64,000 bases of DNA. Source: an uncultured Actinomycetes bacterium. GTDB taxonomy: Bacteria; Actinomycetota; Thermoleophilia; Gaiellales; JAICJC01. Both the position numbers and the translations under genes were made by a program. The notes below the pieces were generated by a model, which did no database searches, was not told where the DNA came from, and worked only from the letters and a program-made list of their open reading frames with translations. The number at the start of each line of letters is the position of its first letter. The first letter of the stretch is position 1. The DNA lies in contig CAVSNF010000025.1 of the NCBI GenBank assembly GCA_963729195.1, positions 94,438 to 158,437 on the forward strand, read 5' to 3'. Below are positions 51,051-60,273 of the stretch, piece after piece.

Positions 51051-52952
51051 CTAGATCGGGAACGGAGATGCCGTCTGGGCGCCGTTCAAGCGCGGCAGGC
51101 TCCAGGCGTCCTCCAACCCGGCGAGCAATCCCGGATGCGTATACAGGTGAGAATCTGTGGCGCCGGCGGCGAAGGAACCGCCCACTCCGATGGTGGCGAT
51201 GTGCTCATCGCTCTTGCTTCCCTCGTCCCAGGTGAGGATCACTTCGGCGCCGGCACTGAGCATGGCGGGCATGTGCGCGGCCAGCCAGGCGTCACCGGCC
51301 TGGATCTGGGCGGTGCGAGTGGCACCGTCGTGCATATCGTCGGCCAGATTGGGGACGACGTAGGAGAAGGCCCGCAGGTTCGATGTCGAGAACGAGGTGA
51401 ACGGCAGCACGTTGGCACACGTGCTCGGGCTGGAAGTGATGTCGTTGTAGTAGACGGCCGGGTTGTGGGCCTTCTTGTAGGAGCCGGTGTCCCCGCCGGT
51501 GTAGCAGGTGCTGGGCATCGACTCCAGATACTCACCCCAGCTGACGCCCTTGACCTGAAGCTGATGGAAGATGTTGTCCGAGCCGCTGGTCGAGCCGTTC
51601 AGCCCGCTGGTGTTCAGCAGATAGTCGGGCAGGCTGCCCGGTTGGGCCTGATAATTCGTGAAGTTCGTGCCCTTGGCCAGCAGCGTCTGAATGTACGGGG
51701 CGGCGGAGTTTCCGACGATGTCGGCGTAGTGCTTGTTCTCCATCATGATCACGATGATCGGATGGGACGGCCCGCCGCCGCTCGCCGCCGCTCTGAGGGG
51801 TGGTGACCTGGGCGGGAGCCGACTGGTTCGACGTGTTCGGCACCGCATCGAAGGCATCGACGGTGTAGGAGTAGGTGGTGTTGGGCTGAACATTGGTGTC
51901 CGTCCACGATGTCGCTCCACCGGTCACTGTCTGAATCGCAGTGCTCGATCCGTCTCGAAAGACGTCATACCCGACCGTGCCCACAGCATCGAAACTGGCC
52001 GCCCACGAAACCGTCACCGAGGTGGGGCTATTGGCGACCGCCTTGACCCCTGTGGGCACATCGGGTGGGGTTGTGTCGGGCGCCGGCGACGGTGTCGTAA
52101 CCGGCGCGGACGGCTGCGACTGCACCGAAGTGTTGGGCACCGCATCGAAGGCATCGACGGTGTACGTGTAGGTGGTGTTGGGCAGGACGCTGGTATCCGT
52201 CCATGATGTCGCCCCACCGGTGACGGTCTTGATCGACGTGTTCGAACCGTTTCGATAGACGTGGTACCCCACAGTCCCGACGGCATCGAAGCTCGGGGCC
52301 CACGACACAGTCACCGACGTGGCGCTGTTGGCCACAGCGGTGACGCCGGTGGGCACGTCGGGTGCCGTCGTATCCGGCGGCGCGGCCGCACCCGCGGCAA
52401 GGACAAGGTTGTCGAACGCGTAGTTCGCCCCGTTGATGGCGGGCTTCTCCAGGACGTTCACCGTCAGGGAATCGCCGCCGGTCAAGACCGTATACGTCAC
52501 CGTGGAGAAGTTCTGCCAGGCCGAGGTCGCGGTGGTGCACGACTGCGCGCTTCCCACCGATGTCTGCGTGCCCGCCTTGAGCTCCTTCACACCAGGCACA
52601 CGCTCTGGCCGGGCGTGGCGCTCTGCACCTGACCGTCCAGGTGATACACGGTACCCGCCACGGCGTTGGTCACCGGCTTGGAGGTCGTGTACGCGTAGGT
52701 CTGGGTTGCGCCTGAGTTCGCGGTCAGCTGGGCGGCGTGGCCACCACCGCTTCCCGCCACCACGCTGAGCGTGCCGTTGCTGCCACCCCACCCGCTGGTC
52801 GAGCCGGCGCCCGACCCCTCGAAGGTGCCGTTGGAGATCGCGTTGGTCGCCGCCACGGCAATGGACGCGGTGATTGCACCGGTGGCGGAGGTAACAGCCA
52901 GAGCAACGACGAGAACCGTCGAGGCTCTACGAGCGTTTGTGGCGATACGCAC
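51051..52952 (-). CDS. Secreted CBM-like + 2xFN3 + phosphoesterase (AcpA/PlcH/SapM superfamily); frameshifts near 52590 and 51790
   Basis: Signal peptide, NAISNGTFEG, two DTT.PDVPTGV...YTVDAFDAVPNTS units, MMENKH, SLPDY, HNP, DMHDG, TWDEG. Confidence 0.8.
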
Positions 52953-53004
52953 TCTTGCACTACAGCATGTGCACTGGAATATGTCAAGTACGTAAACTCA
53001 CAAA

Positions 53005-53021
53005 TCTCAGAGTTCTCTCAT
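53005..53021 (+). promoter_or_regulatory. OmpR/MprA-type direct-repeat box
   Basis: TCTCAG-agttc-TCTCAT, about 50 bp upstream of the 52952 start. Confidence 0.6.
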
Positions 53022-53282
53022 AAAACGTTAGGTACATTGATCGTCTCGGGCGGCCACCTGCTCAGAGCCGAAACGGTGGCCGCTCGGCCAATTGTGGAAC
53101 ATGTCCCGCCGCTTCACGGTTTTCTCATGACCGGCATGGAAGAATCAGATCCCGGCGCCGTACCTACCCCCGCGTAGCAACAGCGACCGTGGATACACCG
53201 GTCGGGTGGTCGAGGTCCTTCCCAAAGCACACCAAGGCCACCCGACCGCGCGTCTCAACTGGTGGAGCGATGTGCGAGGCTG

Positions 53283-53480
53283 CTACCGAATCTCCCGCCA
53301 GATCGATGTCGCCAGCAGACCCACGACCGCGGGCGGCAAGATCCAATATCCCGCCACGCCCGCATGCTCCAGCAGTGCGGTGGCAGCGATGGCGACGAGC
53401 ACGCCTGCCGCCACCACCGGGTCGTCTCCCACCACGAACCGGTACAAAAACCTGGCAAACCCGGCCACGACGCTGATCAC
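53283..53480 (-). CDS. Small two-TM membrane protein
   Basis: ARFLYRFVVGDD motif; GTGA overlap with the corrected stop of the upstream gene. Confidence 0.55.
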   Translation of the reverse strand: MISVVAGFARFLYRFVVGDDPVVAAGVLVAIAATALLEHAGVAGYWILPPAVVGLLATSIWREIR

Positions 53481-54233
53481 TGGGCCGCACCAATCACATG
53501 TCCGGCACGCGCAGACAACGCCCGCACCAGGAGCCACGCGGACACGGTGTAGAGCCGTCAGCAGCACGATCAGAAACACGTCTCCCCCCGGCCAGTCGCC
53601 ACCGGCACCCTCGGCCGCCCAGAACGACCCGTAGGTGACGAGCATCAGCCCCACCGAGAACTTCATGGTGTTCTCGGGAACCCGCGCCAGCGGCGCGCGC
53701 GCCCACAACCCCACCGCGATCACCACCAGCACCGCCGCGATCGCCCCCGCGGCGGCCAACGCCACACTGCCGCCGTTGCTGCCGAAGGTGACCACGATGA
53801 AGGCGACCTCGAGTCCCTCCAGCAGCACGCCTTTGAACGCGATCGTGAATGCATACCAATCCACGTCGGCGGTCCCAGCACCGGACACCGTCCGAGCCGC
53901 ATCGACCTCGCGCTGATAGATCGCCTGCTCGTCATGCAGCGGTCGGTAGCCACCGGCTCTCAGAATCGCCTTTCGCAGCCACTGCAGGCCGAACACCAGC
54001 AGCAGGCCACCCACGACCACGCGCAGCGCGTCGATCGGAATCGCTGTCAGAGCCGGCCCCAGCACCGCCACCACCGCGGCCAGCGCCACACTCGCGGCCA
54101 GCACGCCGGCCAAGGTCGACCGCCAGCCCCGTGTCAGGCCGACCGCGAGCACAATCGTGAGCGCCTCGATCGCCTCCACCCCACTCGCCAAGAACGACAC
54201 CAGCACCAGTACCGCTGGAGTCATCGGATTCAC
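53477..54233 (-). CDS. COG4280/FTR1-TMEM165-like putative divalent-metal transporter (frameshift near 53553)
   Basis: Two ExxE motifs VEAIEALTIV and LEGLEVAFIV; FGLQWLRKAILR; PLARVPENTMKF. Confidence 0.72.
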
Positions 54234-55021
54234 CCCGCCGGTTGCGTTCGCCAGAACCGGTGCGAGCTGACCCTGACGGCCACAAGTGCAATCGCAATCC
54301 AGGCCGCCACCACGGTCATCTCCATCTCGTCCAGTAGGTGGGCGCGCTCGGCAAACAGAATCCGGACGAGCACAGCCGCGCAGACAGCGCCGACCGCCAC
54401 TGCTCGAAATCGGGGTTGCATGATCGTGTGGCGCACCGGCCTCAGGTGCGACACCCTCACCAGCGGTGGGTCGGTGATGCGACTACAAGCGTTGATCATC
54501 GGCACCAGCACCGGGCGCATCGCGATTCGCGCGGTGAAGTATCCGCACGCGGCCGACACCACCAGGCTGCCGACCACATCGGTTGGGTAGTGCATTCCCG
54601 CCATCACACGGGACGCCGACACCACCGCGGCGAAGCCGAGAAACAGCCAGCCGGCACGGCGTGACACGAAGAACACGCCGAAGGCGATCGAAAGCGCGGC
54701 CGTCGCGTGGTCGCTCGGAAACGAGGGATCGAGCGAACGTGGCAACAAGGGGATGATGCTCGGGTGGGCTTCGTACGGTCGCGCGCGGTCCCACAGGTGG
54801 GAGATCACCTGGTTTGCGAACAATCCCAGCGCAGCGGCCGAGAGGCCGGCCGCGCATGCCCGCTTCCAGACGGTGTCGCCGGGAGGGGAGAGCAACCACA
54901 GACCGACCGCAAGCACCCCGAACAGCGGCACGCCCCACGTCGAAAACTCAACCACGACGCCGGCCAGCAGCGGATGTGCATGCATCAGTTGATTGAGCCA
55001 CTCCACAAACGACGTTTCCAT
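54230..55021 (-). CDS. PAP2 family phosphatase (BcrC-like undecaprenyl-diphosphatase)
   Basis: RARP, SFPSDH, SRVMAGMHYPTDV. Confidence 0.87.
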   Translation of the reverse strand: METSFVEWLNQLMHAHPLLAGVVVEFSTWGVPLFGVLAVGLWLLSPPGDTVWKRACAAGLSAAALGLFANQVISHLWDRARPYEAHPSIIPLLPRSLDPSFPSDHATAALSIAFGVFFVSRRAGWLFLGFAAVVSASRVMAGMHYPTDVVGSLVVSAACGYFTARIAMRPVLVPMINACSRITDPPLVRVSHLRPVRHTIMQPRFRAVAVGAVCAAVLVRILFAERAHLLDEMEMTVVAAWIAIALVAVRVSSHRFWRTQPAG

Positions 55022-55120
55022 ATCACTCCCTGCTCGCGTTCACCATCTGTTTACAGCATACGACCGATGTACAAACTGCGAGACAGTTACCTCTATTGAC
55101 ACTATTCAAGCGAAGCAAAC

Positions 55121-55137
55121 TCTCATAGATCTCTCAT
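55121..55137 (+). promoter_or_regulatory. OmpR/MprA-type direct-repeat box
   Basis: TCTCAT-agatc-TCTCAT in the divergent PAP2/response-regulator intergenic region. Confidence 0.62.
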
Positions 55138-55228
55138 ACATTCCGCGAGAGGTGTGCTCGATACGCGACCTGCGGATGGATGTTGCCGGTATGGTTGTGG
55201 CTGGTGATGACCTCGTGAAGAGCAGTCA

Positions 55229-55891
55229 ATGATGCGACCCCGGGTGCTTTTGGTCGACGACGACTCCGCCATCCTGCGCATGCTGGTGCGAACGCTGGAA
55301 GCTGAGGGCTACGAGACCGATGCAGCGTCGGACGGCCCCTCGGCGCTGATCCGGGCGGAGGCCTCGGTGCCCGATGTGATCGTGCTCGATGTGGCCATGC
55401 CGGGCATGGACGGTCTGGCGGTGTCGCGGCGACTGCGCGAGAAGGGACAGCGGGTGCCGATTCTGTTTCTGACCGCGCGCGATGCGGTCTCCGACCGCGT
55501 TGCCGGCTTGGACGCAGGCGGCGATGACTATCTGGTCAAACCGTTTGCGACCGACGAGCTGGAGGCGCGCCTGCGCGCCCTGCTTCGCCGCGGCCGTACC
55601 CGCAATCGGATCTCATACGGCGACCTCACCGTCGATGCAGACGCCCGCACCGCCTCGCGGGGCGGGCGAGAGGTGAGACTGACCGGCCGCGAGGCCGCCC
55701 TGCTGACGCTGTTGGTGAACCGCGCCGGGGAGGTCGTCAGCCGTGAACAGGCGCTGGCGGCGGTGTGGGGCGACGGGCGGGTTCCGACGGCAAACACCGT
55801 TGACCGTTACGTCGCCTATCTCCGCCAAAAGCTCGGTGATCCGCCCCTGATCCACACGGTCAGAGGCGTCGGTTTTCAGCTTCGGCAATGA
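55229..55891 (+). CDS. OmpR-family response regulator (MprA/PrrA-like)
   Basis: LVDDD, LDVAMPGMDG, LTARD, DDYLVKPF, wHTH VDRYVAYLRQKL, IHTVRGVGF. Confidence 0.93.
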   Translation: MMRPRVLLVDDDSAILRMLVRTLEAEGYETDAASDGPSALIRAEASVPDVIVLDVAMPGMDGLAVSRRLREKGQRVPILFLTARDAVSDRVAGLDAGGDDYLVKPFATDELEARLRALLRRGRTRNRISYGDLTVDADARTASRGGREVRLTGREAALLTLLVNRAGEVVSREQALAAVWGDGRVPTANTVDRYVAYLRQKLGDPPLIHTVRGVGFQLRQ

Positions 55892-57216
55892 GACGCTGGA
55901 AGCTCCGCACGCGTATCGCCCTGGCGTCGGCGCTGGCGATGCTGGTCGGGGTTGCCCTGCTCGAGATCGGCGTCCAGGCGCTGCTGGCCCGCGAGCTGCA
56001 CCAGCAGCTCGACCACACGTTGCAGCAGCGCGCCGCCGACGTCGATGAGATCGCCGAGACCCACCCGCGGGCAATCCAGAGAGCCTTGGAATCGGATCCG
56101 GCCGGGATCGGCACGACGGTCGAGGTTGTCAACAACCAGGGCGTGGTGGTCGCACCGCACGAGAAGGCAGGCCAAGCCCCACTCACTCCGGAAGTGACGA
56201 AGGTGCTCCGCGACGGGCGCAAGCGCTTCGTCACGACCACCATCCAGGGTCACGATCTGCGAGTGTTCATCCAGAAGCTGGAACCCGGCGGCGCGGTGCT
56301 GGTCGCAGTGTCGACGGATGCAATCGAGGACGGCCTCTCCCAGGCCCGTTGGCTGACCCTGGTGGCCGGGATCGTCGCGGCCGGCGTGGCGGCCGGGGTG
56401 TGCCTGCTCGTGGCCAATCGTGCACTTCGGCCGTTGACCAATTTGAACGCCCAGGTGATGGAGGTGCAGCGCACCGCCGATCCCAGCCGGCGGGTGGTGA
56501 CCGAGCCCACCGGTGACGAGCTGGAGCAGCTGGGCACCGCCTTGAACGCGATGCTGGAAGCGCTGCAACGGGCCCGAGAGGTGGAGCGGCGGTTCCTGGC
56601 CGACGCCTCTCACGAGATGCGTACCCCGCTCACCGCGCTTCGGGGAAACGCCGCCTACCTCGCGCGGCACGGTGCCGACGCCGAGGCCGAGGCGTTTCTC
56701 GACCTCGAGAACGACATGGCTCGGCTGGCGCAGCTGCTCGACCGCCTGCTCGCCGTAGCCCGCGAGGATGCTGCCGCCCAGCCGACTCAACCGGTCGCGG
56801 TTGACGACATCCTCGACCGGTTCAGAACCGACCCGCGGCTGCGTGTGACCCTCGATCCCGAGCTGTACGTGCGCGCCGATGCGGATGCAATTGAGCGGGC
56901 CCTCACCAACCTGATCGAGAACGCCAAGCTGTACGGACCCGACGGTGGGTTGATCACCGTCGGCGCTGCGCTCGACCACGACGAGGTGGTGTTATCCGTC
57001 ACCGATACCGGCATGGGCATCCCCGGCGCCACCTTCGACGAGGCCACCACGCGGTTCTGGCGCGGCCCCAACAGCGCCGGGCTGGAGGGCGCCGGCCTGG
57101 GGCTGGGACTGGTGCGATCGACCGCCGAGCGCCACGGCGGATCGCTCACAATCGATGGCGCGACCTTCGCGATCCGGCTCCCGGCACTGCTCGAGCTTCC
57201 ACAACCGCACGCATAA
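55888..57216 (+). CDS. HAMP sensor histidine kinase (MprB-like)
   Basis: Two TM, HAMP, ADASHEMRTPL, NLIENAKLY, DTGMG, GAGLGL. Confidence 0.93.
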   Translation: MRRWKLRTRIALASALAMLVGVALLEIGVQALLARELHQQLDHTLQQRAADVDEIAETHPRAIQRALESDPAGIGTTVEVVNNQGVVVAPHEKAGQAPLTPEVTKVLRDGRKRFVTTTIQGHDLRVFIQKLEPGGAVLVAVSTDAIEDGLSQARWLTLVAGIVAAGVAAGVCLLVANRALRPLTNLNAQVMEVQRTADPSRRVVTEPTGDELEQLGTALNAMLEALQRAREVERRFLADASHEMRTPLTALRGNAAYLARHGADAEAEAFLDLENDMARLAQLLDRLLAVAREDAAAQPTQPVAVDDILDRFRTDPRLRVTLDPELYVRADADAIERALTNLIENAKLYGPDGGLITVGAALDHDEVVLSVTDTGMGIPGATFDEATTRFWRGPNSAGLEGAGLGLGLVRSTAERHGGSLTIDGATFAIRLPALLELPQPHA

Positions 57217-57217
57217 T

Positions 57218-57251
57218 TCTCAGAGAACTCTCAGAAACTGCGCTGTAGTGT
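57218..57251 (+). promoter_or_regulatory. Perfect MprA-type box at the -35 position of a promoter
   Basis: TCTCAG-agaac-TCTCAG (57218-57234), 11 nt spacer, then -10-like TAGTGT (57246-57251) and GGGAGGG RBS. Confidence 0.7.
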
Positions 57252-57270
57252 AGTTGCGGGGAGGGCTCCA

Positions 57271-59328
57271 ATGCGCACTTTTACTGCGGTTGTGTTTGGT
57301 GTGTGTAGTGTCATGCTGATCGGTGCTGCAGCTGCACCCGCGGCGACCAACCTGGTTTCGAATCCTGGGTTCGAGGGATCGGGCTCCGGCGCACTCTCGA
57401 GCTGGGGCGGAAGCGCTGGGACGCTGTCGCTGGTCACCGGCGACGGCGGCGGCCACGCCGCGCGCCTAACCGCGTCGGGCACAGGGCAGATGTACATCTA
57501 CACCAGCTCGAAGCCGGCTAAGTCGATTGCGGCAGGAGCGCCGTACACCGCGGGCGGCCGCGTTTCCAGCATCTCCGCCGGCCAGAACGTGTGCCTTCAG
57601 ATCAAAGAGGTGCCGGCCGGCGGCAGCTCCACGGTCGGTTCGGCCAAACAGTGTGTAACAGCGACGACGGCGTGGCAGTCGTTCCCGGCGGTCAACTACA
57701 CGACCAAGACCGCGGGAGATTCGCTGACCATCGACGTGATCGATGCCGCCCCGAGTTCGAACGCGTCGTTTGACCTCGATAACGTCACGCTCAGCACGGG
57801 TACCGGTGGCGGCGGTGGCGACACCGTGGCGCCTTCGGTGCCGCAGAACGTGACTGCCACCGGAGACAGCCCCACCAGCGTCCACATCACCTGGAACGCA
57901 TCCACCGATAACAGCGGCACCGTCGCCGGATACCACGTCTACCGCGGCACCACCACGATCGCGACGCTGACCGGCACCACCACCAGCTTCGAAGACACCG
58001 GCCTGGCCGCCTCCACCCCCTACACCTACTCCGTCGACGCCTTCGACGCAGTCCCCAACACCTCCGCCCACTCCGCAACCGCAACCGGCACCACCCTCGC
58101 CGGCGGTGGCGGGGGTGACACGGTTGCCCCTTCGGTACCTCAGAACGTGGTCGCCACCGGCGACAGCCCCACCAGCGTCCACATCACCTGGAACGCATCC
58201 ACCGATAACAGCGGCACCGTCGCCGGATACCACGTCTACCGCGGCACCACCACGATCGCGACGCTGACCGGCACCACCACCAGCTTCGAAGACACCGGCC
58301 TGGCCGCCTCCACCCCCTACACCTACTCCGTCGACGCCTTCGACGCAGTCCCCAACACCTCCGCCCACTCCGCAACCGCAACCGGCACCACCCTCGCCGG
58401 CGGCGGCGGCTCTGGGCCGTGCGGGCTGCTGCCGGCTTCGACTGCGCCGTACAAGCACGTGGTGGTGCTGATGGAGGAGAACCTCACCTACTCCGACTTC
58501 ATCGCCGCCACCGACGCACCCGAGATGCACGCGCTTGCCAACAACTGCCGGTTCCTGACGGATTCGGCGGGCGAGACGCACCCCAGCTTCCCCAACTACG
58601 AGGCGGTCACCAGCGGCCAGTTCTCGACCTGCCTGGGCTGCACCACAGCCGCAGACAACATCTTCCACCAGATGAACGGCGCGGGGCTGACCTGGCGCGA
58701 CTACAACCAGTCGATGCCGTCCAACTGCGCCACCAACACCAGCAAGGTCTCGTACTACCGTGACGGCCACAATCCGGCGTTCTGGTACACCAACCTCGGC
58801 TCGAAGGCCGGTGGCGACGGCTCATGTGCCAAGTACGACGTTCCTCTGGATCCGTATTTCTGGAACGACGCCGCGGCCGACAACCTGCCCAGCTTCTCGT
58901 GGATCGCGCCCGACGACTGCCGCGACCTGCACTGGATGAACGGCGTGTGCGAGAACGTCGTGCCCGGCAAGACCCACGACGATCGCATCAATGTCGGCGA
59001 CGGGTTCGTCCAGCAGGTCGTCTCGGCCATCACCGCCACGCCGAGCTATCAGGCCGGGCAAACGCTGATCGTGTTCACGTTCGACGAGTCGAACTATCTG
59101 TCCACCCAGGTCAAGGGAAACTGGGGCATCGACTGCTCGAACCACACTGTGTACCTCGCCAATACGAAGACCTGCCAGGTCGCGACCATCCTGATCTCGG
59201 CGCGGATGCCGACCGGGCCGACATCCGCGTTCTACAGCCTCTACAGCGTCGGCGCCGCTATCGAACAGAACTTCGGCCTGCCGCTGCTCGGTCATGAAGC
59301 TTCGGTCACGCCCGCCCCGATCTATTGA
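57271..59328 (+). CDS. Secreted CBM-like + 2xFN3 + phosphoesterase
   Basis: Signal peptide, NLVSNPGFEG, two FN3 repeats, LMEEN, HPSFPNY, GHNP, DLH, TFDES. Confidence 0.85.
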   Translation: MRTFTAVVFGVCSVMLIGAAAAPAATNLVSNPGFEGSGSGALSSWGGSAGTLSLVTGDGGGHAARLTASGTGQMYIYTSSKPAKSIAAGAPYTAGGRVSSISAGQNVCLQIKEVPAGGSSTVGSAKQCVTATTAWQSFPAVNYTTKTAGDSLTIDVIDAAPSSNASFDLDNVTLSTGTGGGGGDTVAPSVPQNVTATGDSPTSVHITWNASTDNSGTVAGYHVYRGTTTIATLTGTTTSFEDTGLAASTPYTYSVDAFDAVPNTSAHSATATGTTLAGGGGGDTVAPSVPQNVVATGDSPTSVHITWNASTDNSGTVAGYHVYRGTTTIATLTGTTTSFEDTGLAASTPYTYSVDAFDAVPNTSAHSATATGTTLAGGGGSGPCGLLPASTAPYKHVVVLMEENLTYSDFIAATDAPEMHALANNCRFLTDSAGETHPSFPNYEAVTSGQFSTCLGCTTAADNIFHQMNGAGLTWRDYNQSMPSNCATNTSKVSYYRDGHNPAFWYTNLGSKAGGDGSCAKYDVPLDPYFWNDAAADNLPSFSWIAPDDCRDLHWMNGVCENVVPGKTHDDRINVGDGFVQQVVSAITATPSYQAGQTLIVFTFDESNYLSTQVKGNWGIDCSNHTVYLANTKTCQVATILISARMPTGPTSAFYSLYSVGAAIEQNFGLPLLGHEASVTPAPIY
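57820..58403 (+). repeat. 297-bp tandem duplication encoding FN3 domains
   Basis: Units start at 57820 and 58117; about 57865-58106 is identical by eye to 58162-58403. Confidence 0.9.
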
Positions 59329-59394
59329 TCGGATACTTACACCGTCTACACAACTCGTCACGGGACTCTCAAGGTATGCCGATAGCTTGAGGGG

Positions 59395-60273
59395 ATGGAC
59401 TCCAAACTACGAGTTGCAGTAATCGGATTGATCACGACCTGCGCGTTGTTCTTGGCGATCGCATCGCCGGCCGCCGCAGCACCGCGTCTGAAGCATGTGT
59501 GGGTGGTTGTGCTGGAGAACCACAGCAGCGGCCAGATCCTGGGGAATCCCCAGGCGCCGTACCTGAACAAGCTCGCTCACCGAAACGGCCTGGCAACCAA
59601 GTACTACAGCCTCGACCACCCCAGCCTTCCCAACTACCTGGCCTTGATCTCGGGGTCCACGCAGGGCTGTGGCTCGGACAGCTGCAAGCCGGGGTACGGC
59701 GGCCCGCTCTTGACGCGGCAGCTGCGACATCGCCACCTGGCGTGGCGGGGATACTTCCAAGGTTTGCCCCACGCCGGATACGTCGGCGGCGACCACGGTT
59801 CCTACGTTCGTCACCACAACCCGTTCAGCTACTTCAAGGCGATTACCAACTCGCACCATGCCCGGCGAAACATCCGGCCGCTGACGGCGCTGCGCCGCAG
59901 CCTCCGTCATCCTGCTGCGTTCAACCTGGTCGTGCCGGACAATCAGCACAACATGCACACCGGTAGCATTTCCAAGTCTGACAAGTGGCTCCGCCACTGG
60001 ATCCCGAAGATCACCCACTCGCGCAAGTTCCGGCATCACAGCGTGCTCTTCATCACCTTTGACGAGGGCCACAACGACTCCAGCGGATGTTGCATCCACG
60101 GCGTTCACGGCGGCCGCACGGTGCTGATCGCTATCACCTCCCACCGGCATCACTCGAGGTTGAATAAGCCTCGCACCGCCTACTCGCTGCTGCGCACCAT
60201 TGAGAGCGGATTTCGGCTCAAGCCGATCGCCCACGCCGCCCGCGTCCGCCCACTCAACGCCTTCTGGCGGTGA
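59395..60273 (+). CDS. Secreted phosphoesterase (single domain, very basic)
   Basis: Signal peptide, LENHS, HPSLPNY, RHHNP, NMH, TFDEG, YSLLRTIE. Confidence 0.87.
   Translation: MDSKLRVAVIGLITTCALFLAIASPAAAAPRLKHVWVVVLENHSSGQILGNPQAPYLNKLAHRNGLATKYYSLDHPSLPNYLALISGSTQGCGSDSCKPGYGGPLLTRQLRHRHLAWRGYFQGLPHAGYVGGDHGSYVRHHNPFSYFKAITNSHHARRNIRPLTALRRSLRHPAAFNLVVPDNQHNMHTGSISKSDKWLRHWIPKITHSRKFRHHSVLFITFDEGHNDSSGCCIHGVHGGRTVLIAITSHRHHSRLNKPRTAYSLLRTIESGFRLKPIAHAARVRPLNAFWR

Noticed and set aside
53283-54233. Single 316-aa fused membrane ORF
   Set aside because: A one-base shift near 53553 restores a stop at 53477 overlapping GTG 53480, giving two genes
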